A stretch of 32,000 bases of DNA from Promethearchaeota archaeon (GCA_016933055.1 JAFGBS010000011.1:1-32000), one strand, 5' to 3'; positions 7,738 through 17,058 are shown, counted from the stretch's first letter. Program-made: numbers and translations. Notes: generated by a model not told the origin, from the letters alone.

Positions 7738-8070
7738 ATGAGTCAAATCAATATTAAAATTAATGAAGAAATGGATCAATTATTAAATTACATAGCGCAA
7801 AAGCGTAAAATCGCTAAATCAACCTTAGCAAAAGAACTTTTATTAGAAAATATTCAGGATAAAATACTGCCTGAGTTATTAGAAGAATATGAACAGGGAA
7901 ATATAGGATTAAAAAAAATCATGCGATTAACCGGAATTGATGCAGATAGACTTCTTGCCAAAATAGTTGAACAGGGTATTGAATGTCCTATTACTCCTGA
8001 AATTGATGATTATACAACCAAATTAACAGAGGATTTAATAAACAAAACGAAACTGATAGCAAAAAAGTGA
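7738..8070 (+). CDS. RHH + UPF0175-like putative antitoxin, divergent pair 2
   Basis: MSQINIKI, KSTLAKE, EYEQGNIGL...TGI. Confidence 0.87.
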   Translation: MSQINIKINEEMDQLLNYIAQKRKIAKSTLAKELLLENIQDKILPELLEEYEQGNIGLKKIMRLTGIDADRLLAKIVEQGIECPITPEIDDYTTKLTEDLINKTKLIAKK

Positions 8071-8241
8071 TGTATCGGATTTTTTTACAGTAGAAAATGT
8101 ACAACCTTTGGAATAATCGACTATGATTCCGGAAGAGATCTGGTCTGATTCGGCAATTTTTTCTTCCGAAAATTTAATATAAAGCACATCGGCAACCTTA
8201 TCAAATGAAAAATCGATAAGTAAATGAAAAATTCCTTCCAA
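8035..8241 (-). pseudogene. DUF2283-family gene, N-half intact, C-terminus lost after DYSKG
   Basis: FDKVADVLYIKFSEEKIAESDQISSGIIVDYSKG, then unrelated sequence running into the antitoxin gene. Confidence 0.75.
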
Positions 8242-8433
8242 ATATGTAGTTGGGAAACCTCCTTATTATCATGTTAGAACAAATTTCTCCTATCCAACAT
8301 AAATCCTTTGAAAATTGTACAAGAGAATAGGAAATTAAGAGAATACCGGTGAAACAAACAATACTCACGCACCAAAATTCTTTTATCAAAGACACTCTTG
8401 ATCGTTAATTAGTTTGGATACTATGGACAATTG

Positions 8434-8622
8434 ATGCCGAATATTTATTATTCCAAAAAGTATAATTCCTTTAGAGAGATGCAATCCCCAATATTAACCC
8501 CAAAAAGTATCCCATTGCTGAAAAAAAAGGTTAAGGAGTATAAAATGAGTCTTTTAGCTATTTTTGGGTCTTATGGTCGTAATGAACAAAAACAAGAAAG
8601 TGATTTGGATGGTGAAATCTGA
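8434..8622 (+). pseudogene. N-terminal half of an MNT nucleotidyltransferase, truncated after DxD
   Basis: LAIFGSYGRNEQKQESDLD, joined directly to a HEPN start. Confidence 0.8.
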
Positions 8623-8743
8623 CCATTTTTATCTTACTCATATCCATAATTCTCTGAGTAAAATTGATTCCTATATTGAGGATATTGAATATGAGAAGTT
8701 TGTAAATACCTCTCTAAATCATGATGCAGTGTTAAGACAGTAG
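8609..8743 (+). pseudogene. HEPN (DUF86/HepT-type) N-terminal fragment, 44 aa
   Basis: MVKSDHFYLTHIHNSLSKIDSYIEDIEYEKFVNTSLNHDAVLRQ*; stops before the catalytic RxxxxH motif. Confidence 0.75.
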
Positions 8744-8778
8744 ATATCACAACATTTGAATTGGAAATACTTCTCCTT

Positions 8779-8816
8779 AATAAGTAAAAAACCATAAATA
8801 CGTGAAATTACTTATT
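8779..8816. promoter_or_regulatory. 9-bp inverted repeat bracketing a TATA-like element; probable RHH operator
   Basis: AATAAGTAA(8779-8787)/TTACTTATT(8808-8816), 6 bp before ATG 8823. Confidence 0.6.
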
Positions 8817-8822
8817 CTCATA

Positions 8823-9101
8823 ATGACAAATGTGACATTTAGTGTGGATGATGAATTGAATAAGCGCATGAAATCTCATCCAGAAATAAAATGGAGTGAA
8901 GTTTGCAGGCAGGCTATCCTTAAATACTTGGAACAACATGAGTATTCAGCAAAAATGTCTACAGACGAGCTCAGATCACGACTATCTCCCAGAACAAAAC
9001 AATTAATCAAATCACTTCCTTTGAAGGATGCCAGTAAATTAGCTCGAAATAGTCGTGAAGCAGATAGAAAAAGGGTTCAAAAATCAAACGGAGATTCATA
9101 A
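8823..9101 (+). CDS. vapB: RHH/CopG-type antitoxin (ORF track starts at GTG 8802)
   Basis: MTNVTFSVDDELNKRMKSHPEIKWSEVCRQAILKYL. Confidence 0.88.
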   Translation: MTNVTFSVDDELNKRMKSHPEIKWSEVCRQAILKYLEQHEYSAKMSTDELRSRLSPRTKQLIKSLPLKDASKLARNSREADRKRVQKSNGDS

Positions 9102-9103
9102 TT

Positions 9104-9475
9104 ATGTATCTTCTGGATACAAATGCCATGATTGTGCTGCATGAAGACCTAAAATCTTGGAAGAATGAAGAGAATCTTTTTACTACCATTTTAAATGTAA
9201 TTGAATTCCCAATCGCATTACGCATGGATGTTTTAACCATTCTCTTTCCATTACCTGAATCTTATATAAAAGGAATAGAATATTCCACCAATTTAAGGAA
9301 AAAAGGTACTCCGATTGCTACAATTGATATTATGATTGGAGTTCTTGCAGTTGAACATGGATTAACATTAGTTACTGATGACAAAGATTTTACAGCTTTG
9401 CAAAAAATTGAATCCAAACTTAACATTTGTAATACCTCCAAATTTATTGATAGTTTGTTATCAAAAAAGAAATAA
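9104..9475 (+). CDS. vapC: VapC PIN toxin
   Basis: YLLDTN, NVIEF, IATIDIMIG, LVTDDKDF. Confidence 0.92.
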   Translation: MYLLDTNAMIVLHEDLKSWKNEENLFTTILNVIEFPIALRMDVLTILFPLPESYIKGIEYSTNLRKKGTPIATIDIMIGVLAVEHGLTLVTDDKDFTALQKIESKLNICNTSKFIDSLLSKKK

Positions 9476-9492
9476 GAGTTGAATTCAGAAAT

Positions 9493-9710
9493 ATGCCTAA
9501 CCTCCCAGAAGAAAATGAGCATACCAAGGAAAACAAATTGGAAAAATCAATACCCGAATTATTAGATGAGTAGCAACAGGGCAAAATCGGGTTAAAAAAA
9601 TCATTCACCTTACTGGGATTGATGTAGATAATCTTCTTGCCAAAATACTTGAACTGAATATTGAATGTCCTATTACTCCAGAAATAGATGATTACACTGA
9701 ATACATCTAA
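9493..9710 (+). pseudogene. RHH-less antitoxin-tail paralog with TAG (9571) and a 1-nt deletion in an A-run (9594-9600)
   Basis: MPNLPEENEHTKENKLEKSIPELLDE*QQGKIGLKK/IIHLTGIDVDNLLAKILELNIECPITPEIDDYT. Confidence 0.85.
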
Positions 9711-9720
9711 TACTTTCATT

Positions 9721-10086
9721 GCTGGTGCAAGTGCAGATAATTAAGTGCGACTACCCTTGGAATCAACTGGCACCTATAATTTTTTCGTGGATTGGGGGGA
9801 TAGTTCCAGTGATACGATTACATCGTGGGATCAATCGGAAGTCTTGCATACATATCCAGCGCCCGGGGTATATGCCACTAATATTACAGGGACTATCATT
9901 GGATTTAACTTTCAAGGTCAAGGAGATAGGGGAAAAATAATGGACATTCAACAATGGGGATCGCTACAACTAGGAAACACGGGAGGATATTTCCACGGAT
10001 GTATTTATTTAGATATTTCAGCAGTTGACGAATTGGATTTGAATGGAACCACCAATTTTTCACCAATGTTTTTTGGATGCACGTGA
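9721..10086 (+). pseudogene. N-terminal cap fragment of a BspA/DUF285 surface protein, paralog of 20994-22865
   Basis: AGASADN*VRLPLESTGTYNFFVDWGD...IQQWG...LDLNGTTN vs PGVSGSNQVQLPLESSGNYNFLVDWGD...; ends before the repeats. Confidence 0.85.
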
Positions 10087-11184
10087 CTTAAACAAGTGTA
10101 GATTCTCCATAAAAATTGATATTTTTAAGCATTTGTAGCTATGAATCCAAGCATAAGGAGAAACAGTGGAAACTAAAAAAAAATAGAAAAAGCAAAAGAA
10201 ATGAGAATGACGCGAATGGCCGAATCGTACCTAAATGGGGATCTACGGCATTTTTAGGAACATAGTATTCTTAAAAATCGTAATCAAACTTTTAGGTGAT
10301 TTCTGGGAGGAATTGTTGAATTTCAGCTATTTTTTTTCTGAAAAGATACCTTTAGTTGCAGTATATACAGATTCTAACTCCTCCAACTCACGAGGAGCGT
10401 CCATGTTTGTCTGTTATAATAAGCTGCATAGGTTTAAGGCTATGTTTGACTATGTACATAAATAGAAAATGGATGCAAAAGAAAAAAACACACAAATGAT
10501 AGTGAAAGAAATGAAATTGAAAATAAGGTCGATAAAATGACTCTTGGGGATGAATTGCTTGAAAGGGAATTTGAAAGAGAAAAACTCGCTAAGAAAATTC
10601 TTGCAAAACACAAATTGGGAAAGCATGAGACTTCATAATCTCGGTTTTTAAAAATAGTGACGACGTGTAAAAAATCGGTCAAGAATCGATATAACAATGA
10701 AAACCTTCTGCCTAAAATCCTTTGCATAATCCATAAATGCCAAAGCAAAGAGTGAATTGGTGAAAAATCAATAACCTGCTAAGATTAATTCGTGGGAAAA
10801 TGAGTTCTGTGATAATCGGAGTGTATACACATTTCCTTAATCAAAAATGGAAAAAAACTGAGAAAAACTATCTTCGTCGCATTCTGGTAGAAAACAATAA
10901 CCCAATTGATTATCCTCTTCTCAATGAACAGATTCCTGCACCAAATATTGAATGATATTTTTATACATTTCTCTAACTATTCAATAGGTATGGATTTACA
11001 GCTCCTGATGAGGAGATAAAGATTTCTTGCTCCAATACTGCTTCGTGCATCTTCAATATCTTGCTGAGAAGTGCAAAAATACGAAAAACTAAAAGAACTT
11101 CAAACGGCATACGGCACCCTTTCTTGGACATATAAGTTAGATGGTTAGTTATTTACGTTTTCCTAGAAGTATTGATATTGATTA

Positions 11185-12600
11185 ATGAAAATGAAGGACG
11201 AACCAAAGGAAACGAACGGCTATTTAAATGGTAATTCCGATGATCGTGATGATTTTGACCTCCATATTGACGAATTTGCTAAACCAAGAAAGTATGCTCA
11301 AAAAGTTCCGTTTAAAATTCGACTTAAAAACGCATTCAAGGGTCTTACTTGGAAGACATGGTTCTGGTTTAGTATTATAATGCTTGTTGTGGCATTTACT
11401 GCATTCGCTCTGATTCAGCTTATCCGTGATCCCAGCTGGATATTTAAGAAAGTAATGCAGATCATTACCCCAATAATCAGAATCGAGGGGTGGGGGTTTT
11501 TGTTATTTGTAATTTTCATGGCTTTACAAGGAGTTATGCTTATTGGGGGAGAAGTTATGCTACTCACCTCGGGATTGATCTGGGGTACGTGGGTTGGTGT
11601 AGGAATAGGTCAAGTAGGCTTATTCTTTGCCGCTGTGGTTTCATATGAAATTGGTATTCGAGGAGGAAAACCTGTTGCAGAGAGATTTATAGGAGAAGAT
11701 CTCTACGTATTTGACTTTTATATGATGAAATACGGAAATCCCACTCTACTTCTCACTCGTGCTATTCCTGCATTCCCATATGAGGTCATCTCATTCGCTG
11801 CGGGATTTCTCGGGATACGAAGGCGTGATTATTATCTACTTACCTTTATTGGTTCTCTCCCTCGATGTTTGTTCTATGCTTTTATTGGTGCACAATTAAG
11901 ACCTGAAGATGGAAATCTTGATAGTTTGATACAAAACGAAGAGTTATTAAACGAGTTTATCCAAGCAGGCACTGCCAAATTCAATATTATAATTATATGG
12001 GCTATTGTTATCATTGGTGCTGGATTTGTGATCTATAAGTTTTGGCTAGCGAAATATCTTAAGTGGAAACGTGTTCAGCATGAAATTTCTGAATTAGATG
12101 AAGAAGGACATCTAGAAGAGTATGGATTTAGTAAGCACACTATACAAGCCCTCGTTGATGGAGAAATTCCTGCAAAAGCTCATAAGGTCATGGGATTCTT
12201 CACAATAACTGACGAAGAGGGAAACATAATGCTCCGAGAGACAATTGAAGTGATGGGTGATCTTATCTTAGGTCGAAAAATTCCCGATGAAATGGATGAT
12301 ATAGAAATTCATTATCCTGACGCAAATCTTAATGATAGATTATGGCTTCGTTTAGCGAAAAACTATCGGCTCTTGTTAAAAGATGTATTTGAATCGAAAG
12401 ACGCAGATATGATTGCTCACATGCTGGAGGGGATCGGTCACTGCTATTACAAATTGGGAGATAAGAAAGATGCAGGAAGAATTTTCGAGAAATCTAAGAT
12501 TATCTATCACCAAGCCGGTAAGAGAGAAGAAGCTATGAGAGTAGATAATTTCTTAGAAAGTCATTTTACTCAACCTAACAGAAATATCTTTTTTTACTGA
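11185..12600 (+). CDS. DedA/VTT (TVP38/TMEM64-like) membrane protein with about 180-aa soluble C-terminal extension ending in TPR-like helices
   Basis: SGLIWGTWVG...SYEIG.RGG, LLTRAIPAFPYEVISFAAG, GSLPR; tail EGIGHCYYKLGDKKDAGRIFEKS. Confidence 0.85.
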   Translation: MKMKDEPKETNGYLNGNSDDRDDFDLHIDEFAKPRKYAQKVPFKIRLKNAFKGLTWKTWFWFSIIMLVVAFTAFALIQLIRDPSWIFKKVMQIITPIIRIEGWGFLLFVIFMALQGVMLIGGEVMLLTSGLIWGTWVGVGIGQVGLFFAAVVSYEIGIRGGKPVAERFIGEDLYVFDFYMMKYGNPTLLLTRAIPAFPYEVISFAAGFLGIRRRDYYLLTFIGSLPRCLFYAFIGAQLRPEDGNLDSLIQNEELLNEFIQAGTAKFNIIIIWAIVIIGAGFVIYKFWLAKYLKWKRVQHEISELDEEGHLEEYGFSKHTIQALVDGEIPAKAHKVMGFFTITDEEGNIMLRETIEVMGDLILGRKIPDEMDDIEIHYPDANLNDRLWLRLAKNYRLLLKDVFESKDADMIAHMLEGIGHCYYKLGDKKDAGRIFEKSKIIYHQAGKREEAMRVDNFLESHFTQPNRNIFFY

Positions 12601-12953
12601 TTAATTGAAGGTTAATAACTAATATTTCGACATTGGGAGATACTAGATCTCTATTGGATTTGTGAAATTTTTGGGTGGGAATTTATAACTACAAATTCAA
12701 TTTGTGAAGAATTTAGGGCTCTTTGACCTTGCGATATCCAATAATTGTTGGAATTTTCAATGTGTTTTTACCATTAGCTTACTCTCCAACCTATCCTACT
12801 TTTCTCTTTCTATAGTTCATTCTCCGACTTAACCACCTGTAGTGGCCAATCTCATAGTTAATTCAATTTTCTTTAAATATAAAACTTTGATATATATATT
12901 TATAACATAATGCTACGCAGATTCAGTTTTTACCTAATAGTATTAGTCCATTT

Positions 12954-13093
12954 GGACGGCGTGGATGTGGGTAGATCTCCTTTATCTACGTTATCACCAC
13001 GGCTCTCCTCCCGTCGAATTTCCCCATGGTAGTGCCGTGGATGCAACGTAGGAGTGCCTATGACCCACGTACTGCTCTACCTACCGCCGTGCC
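12954..13093. ncRNA. Candidate structured RNA or non-autonomous palindromic element; family and strand unknown
   Basis: 80/140 G+C (57%) in AT-rich intergenic DNA; nested helices GGACGGCG/CGCCGTGCC, ATGTGGGT/ACCCACGT, CTACGTT/AACGTAG, CCACGGC/GCCGTGG. Confidence 0.55.
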
Positions 13094-13104
13094 CTACACC
13101 ACAG

Positions 13105-13260
13105 ATGTTGACTAATCAAGAGTTCCTACAAGAATTACGTAAGATTCACACAGACACATTTGATTGTATAATATTATACTTGGCTGTAGGTTTTGCGGAT
13201 TATTTCATAACTATGTATGATTCATTAAAAGAAACGGTTTATCTTCCGCATTTTGTATGA
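13105..13260 (+). pseudogene. C-terminal remnant of a PIN gene
   Basis: HTDTFDCIILYLAVGFADYFITM resembles the PIN D-x-x-D-C-I-I-L-A...T-x-D segment. Confidence 0.5.
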
Positions 13261-13398
13261 ATTGGATCACTTCAAATAATAAATCGTTTCAAATCCTTGG
13301 TAAGGAGAGAAACTTTCAGGAATTATAGAAAAATGGTCGATTTAAGAGGGAAATAGAAATAAACAAAACCAAGTTCACTGATTTTGCATAATTCTTCA

Positions 13399-14547
13399 TT
13401 ATTTTTTAGAAATTTTTAAATTCGCTATGAATTGAATGTATGCGCGTGCGTCATCTGGATAATCTTTTTTCTCCTCGAACATGAACGCATCTACGCATGA
13501 TCTGGTAATCTTTTTCACATTTTTGGATGCACACCATCGGAGGAAAATTGGAATGAGTTTTTTCGTTCTTTTTCGCAATTCGTCCTCGAACTCTTCATCA
13601 ATTAAATCTACGGCAAATCTACGAGCGATCTCAATTTTCTCCTGCAATTCTTCGGGTAAATAACGTTCTGGAATCCCATTAACACTGAATTCTCCTCTTG
13701 GTTTAATCATTAGCCAGTTATTTTCGGAATTAGATTCGTTTAGTATTTCTTTGGTTAACTCCTTAACTGACATTTTCCAGAAGAAAACCGGAATTTTCCG
13801 TTCAATAAGCATCTTTTTAGCTAGTTGTTCAATTTCATCAACTTTCATTCGGTAATCAGCGGGTAGAAGATAAGGTCTTTTAATGTGCATTTCCCAGAAC
13901 ATCTCACGAACAAAGTGTAGTTCCTCCCAATCAACCACATCAGGTTTCTTTCGGACGCAATATTCGACTAAAGCCTTGGTAATTTCTTCCTCTGATTTTT
14001 TAAGATAATCAGGGACCTCCTCTTCCCATTCTCTAATCGGAAAGGGATCCATTTGTTCGATAAGTTCCAAAATTTCATCCATAGATTTTCCTGAAGGCAT
14101 AGTACCTTCTTTTTCCTCCTCCTCCTCCTTATTTTCTTCATCGTCTTCATCTTCTTCATCTTCTTCATCTTCCTCGTCGTCGAATAAGTCCTCAATATCT
14201 TCCTCGAATTCTTCCAATCCCATTATTTCTTGCTCTTCTATATCTTCCAGTCCATCATCGTCATCAATTTCTTCGTCGTAGGTATTATCATCTATTTTAT
14301 TCTCGTGGTCATCATCCCCAGATTCTTCTTCGCGATAAGAAGTCGCTCCAACTTTCCGAGAATTTCGATGAAAGTGCTCTAAAATGACATTTGGTAATTC
14401 AATGAGTTGCTCAAGAATAATACACTCCTTATTCCCCCAAAACTTGCAGTTTTCAGAAATGCAAGTATCCTTCATAATCGGACAGATGAGAGTGGAACTC
14501 CTAAAATCCTCTCTTTTGATCCCCAACTTATTCATTTTGCTCACCAC
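13399..14547 (-). CDS. Hypothetical protein with N-terminal 4-Cys cluster, long D/E tract and an internal repeat (ATG 14535 also possible)
   Basis: 382-aa ORF; CPIMKDTCISENCKFWGNKEC; DDEEDEEDEEDEDDEENKEEEEEKE. Confidence 0.85.
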   Translation of the reverse strand: MVSKMNKLGIKREDFRSSTLICPIMKDTCISENCKFWGNKECIILEQLIELPNVILEHFHRNSRKVGATSYREEESGDDDHENKIDDNTYDEEIDDDDGLEDIEEQEIMGLEEFEEDIEDLFDDEEDEEDEEDEDDEENKEEEEEKEGTMPSGKSMDEILELIEQMDPFPIREWEEEVPDYLKKSEEEITKALVEYCVRKKPDVVDWEELHFVREMFWEMHIKRPYLLPADYRMKVDEIEQLAKKMLIERKIPVFFWKMSVKELTKEILNESNSENNWLMIKPRGEFSVNGIPERYLPEELQEKIEIARRFAVDLIDEEFEDELRKRTKKLIPIFLRWCASKNVKKITRSCVDAFMFEEKKDYPDDARAYIQFIANLKISKK

Positions 14548-14721
14548 ACCATATAATATATAGTTAAGATCGATAATAAAGTCTGTTAAGTTAATATTCT
14601 TAATATGTCAGATCGCTCATAACTATGAAATCAATAATTAAGTGAAAATACTGCAAGATACATGTTTTTTCATAAAGAGGAATAAAATATTTTTAGATAA
14701 TACGCAGCATTTTTGATATAC

Positions 14722-17058
14722 TTATTCTTCGTTAATTGCTTCTGCGAGTACTTGCCGGATTATTAACCGAAATGCCGGAAGAATCGAGAAAAGGACTGTA
14801 ACGATAGCAAATCCTCCCGAAAGAAGGTAGTTTATCCAATGATGATAAAGATCTACTGTAAAGAATATGGAAGAGAGGATGGAATTCCAGTAGAGTTCCA
14901 GAAAAATTCCTGCTGATAACCCAATAATTAACGCTGCTATACATAGGATAAATATTTCGAAGAGGAGCTGTCCTAATACTTGCGCAGGAGTAAATCCAAA
15001 CACTCGTAATAACGCATATTCTCTTTCACGTTCCAAGGCACTTATAAAAGATGTAGCAAAAATGGATAAAAATGATGCAATAAATCCCAGAAATACCATT
15101 ACGTGAACAACGATTGTTTGCGAATCAATAAGATTACCTATTCTTTCTTCAAATTTGTCTTTGGCTAGGGCGTAGGCTACATCTTGATGTTCATTTAATG
15201 CACTGATAACAGTTGGGGATTCTGAGGTGTCTACGTTTACAAGCATGCCATTATAAGGCGAAAATCCAAGAGTGGTTTCTAACGCGCTTAATTGCATATA
15301 GATAGTTACTGTCAGTTCTAAGTCTCGACAGAAACCCACGATTGTTGTATTGATCTCTAGACCGGAAAACCAAAAAGAAAAGGGGTCTCCAATCTGTAAT
15401 TCCAAACGTTGTGCAACATATATGGACATGATGATCTCTTGAGCGGTAGAATTTGTGAAAAAATCTCCTTCTTGAAGATCTATTCTTACCATACTGCTAT
15501 TTTCTTCTATTCCTCGTAAATATGCCAGACTATCTATATAATCTTCACTTTGGATGACTTCTTCTAAATACTGCTCATGTTCGGTTATACCAGAAAGATT
15601 TGATAGAATAGAATAAGTTGAGGGATTAAAACCGGGTTTAAACACGACTTTTATATCCCATTTTACTTGTTCATCAAAATAAGTGTCTTTTGTGGAATAT
15701 ACGCTTGATTCTGCAGCGATCAGTGAGAATGTCAGCATTATAGATCCTGCAAAAGCAAGAAATGTCAGAATACTCCTACTCTTATTACGAGAAATATTCC
15801 GAATAGGATATTTAATAGCATTCCTCCACCTTGAAATAACATCGTATCGTTTACCCGAAAACTCTTTGACTTTACCCCGTATTGCTTCATAGGGGGTCAT
15901 TCTCACATTAGTTCGTGCTGCTAACCACGTGAAAAACAAGGTCATGATTAAACTCGATCCTAAAATAAGTGTGATTATAAAGGGTGAGAATGCGGGGGTA
16001 ATAGACAGCAATCCCCATCTTCCCAATAACAAGTTCGTGATTAGATGTAGGAGTCCATATCCACCTAAAGTTCCGAAAATCATTGCCATAAAGCAAATTA
16101 GGGTCGTACGGAGGAGAAAGGCTCTCATAATCGAGGGGGGATTATATCCAAAAGCATATAATGTTCCAGTTTGCTTCCTTTGTTCAAGAGCATAACGTTT
16201 AGTAATGATATAAATGACCACGCCGACTACTATCACTATGATCAACGCTGCAGCGTTTAAATATTTTGTAGTGAGAGCTAGAGCGTCTTGTAAGACCGAA
16301 CTTACACTAATTTCCCTCATTTGCCATTCGAATGCAAGATTGATCCCTTGGGATTTAAATACGTCTCGAATGCCCGGTGAACAAGAGGAAATATCCTCCG
16401 TTGTGATGTTCTCCCAGAAATAGATAGTAATACTGTTCCGTATCGGCGAGGGAATTCCAAGGAAGGCATGGAGTAGCTCAGAATCTAAATATATCACCCC
16501 TTCTTGGTTCATTTCGTATGCTAGAAATTCAACACTCCTAACAAATCCTGCAATTGTTACATTAAAATTACCTAATCCGACTCTCACCGTAACATTCGAC
16601 CCAATCGTCAGTGAAAATGCCTCTGCAAAGGATTCGATTACAAAAACCTCATTCTCTTCTAATATTGTATTACCTTCAACTATAGCTATTTGATTAGTGG
16701 ATTGATTTAAGGAACTGGGTACTCCCACAAGCGTTGTTACTTGCCAATCATCGTTAATCTCTGTTTTTCCTCTTGCTAAGAGGCGTGATTCAATAAATTC
16801 AGGATAGCTCCCTAATGTATCATAAATAGAATCATTTATTAACGGAATCAAGCTATCATTTCCACCTGTAAATCGTAGATCCAAGTGGGATAATTTGTAG
16901 GCGTCATTATGGGTATCAATTGACGAAGATATATTAGGTGAAGTTGAGAACATAGCGAGAGGAAACGTAATTACGGCAAAGATCGCCAAGAAAGTAATAA
17001 AACTGCGCCACCGGTGATACCATATGTCTCGAATAACTGCTTTGAATATCTTATGCAT
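14722..17058 (-). CDS. ABC transporter permease, FtsX/MacB-like (two halves)
   Basis: Two periplasmic-like + TM blocks; EQRKQTGTLYAFG and EREREYALLRVFG; ATG 17058 overlaps the ATPase stop (ORF open from 17091). Confidence 0.92.
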   Translation of the reverse strand: MHKIFKAVIRDIWYHRWRSFITFLAIFAVITFPLAMFSTSPNISSSIDTHNDAYKLSHLDLRFTGGNDSLIPLINDSIYDTLGSYPEFIESRLLARGKTEINDDWQVTTLVGVPSSLNQSTNQIAIVEGNTILEENEVFVIESFAEAFSLTIGSNVTVRVGLGNFNVTIAGFVRSVEFLAYEMNQEGVIYLDSELLHAFLGIPSPIRNSITIYFWENITTEDISSCSPGIRDVFKSQGINLAFEWQMREISVSSVLQDALALTTKYLNAAALIIVIVVGVVIYIITKRYALEQRKQTGTLYAFGYNPPSIMRAFLLRTTLICFMAMIFGTLGGYGLLHLITNLLLGRWGLLSITPAFSPFIITLILGSSLIMTLFFTWLAARTNVRMTPYEAIRGKVKEFSGKRYDVISRWRNAIKYPIRNISRNKSRSILTFLAFAGSIMLTFSLIAAESSVYSTKDTYFDEQVKWDIKVVFKPGFNPSTYSILSNLSGITEHEQYLEEVIQSEDYIDSLAYLRGIEENSSMVRIDLQEGDFFTNSTAQEIIMSIYVAQRLELQIGDPFSFWFSGLEINTTIVGFCRDLELTVTIYMQLSALETTLGFSPYNGMLVNVDTSESPTVISALNEHQDVAYALAKDKFEERIGNLIDSQTIVVHVMVFLGFIASFLSIFATSFISALEREREYALLRVFGFTPAQVLGQLLFEIFILCIAALIIGLSAGIFLELYWNSILSSIFFTVDLYHHWINYLLSGGFAIVTVLFSILPAFRLIIRQVLAEAINEE

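Noticed and set aside
10087-11184. 1.1-kb region with short ORFs (10235-10465, 10440-10748) and broken frames
   Set aside because: Probably decayed gene(s), but I could not assign a family; needs frameshift-aware TBLASTX/HMM search.
12954-13093. Hairpin as tRNA, SRP RNA, RNase P, group II intron DV, HDV-like ribozyme, SECIS or H/ACA RNA
   Set aside because: Diagnostic motifs are absent or out of register (no T-loop GTTCRA, SRP helix 8, GAGGAAAGUCC, catalytic J4/2 C or canonical K-turn).
13054-13260. 68-aa ORF as an intact gene
   Set aside because: It starts at a GTG inside the hairpin; only the PIN-like C-terminal part looks coding.
13399-13560. Histone-fold-like end (KKITRSCVDAF) in the acidic protein
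   Set aside because: Resemblance is limited to a few residues.
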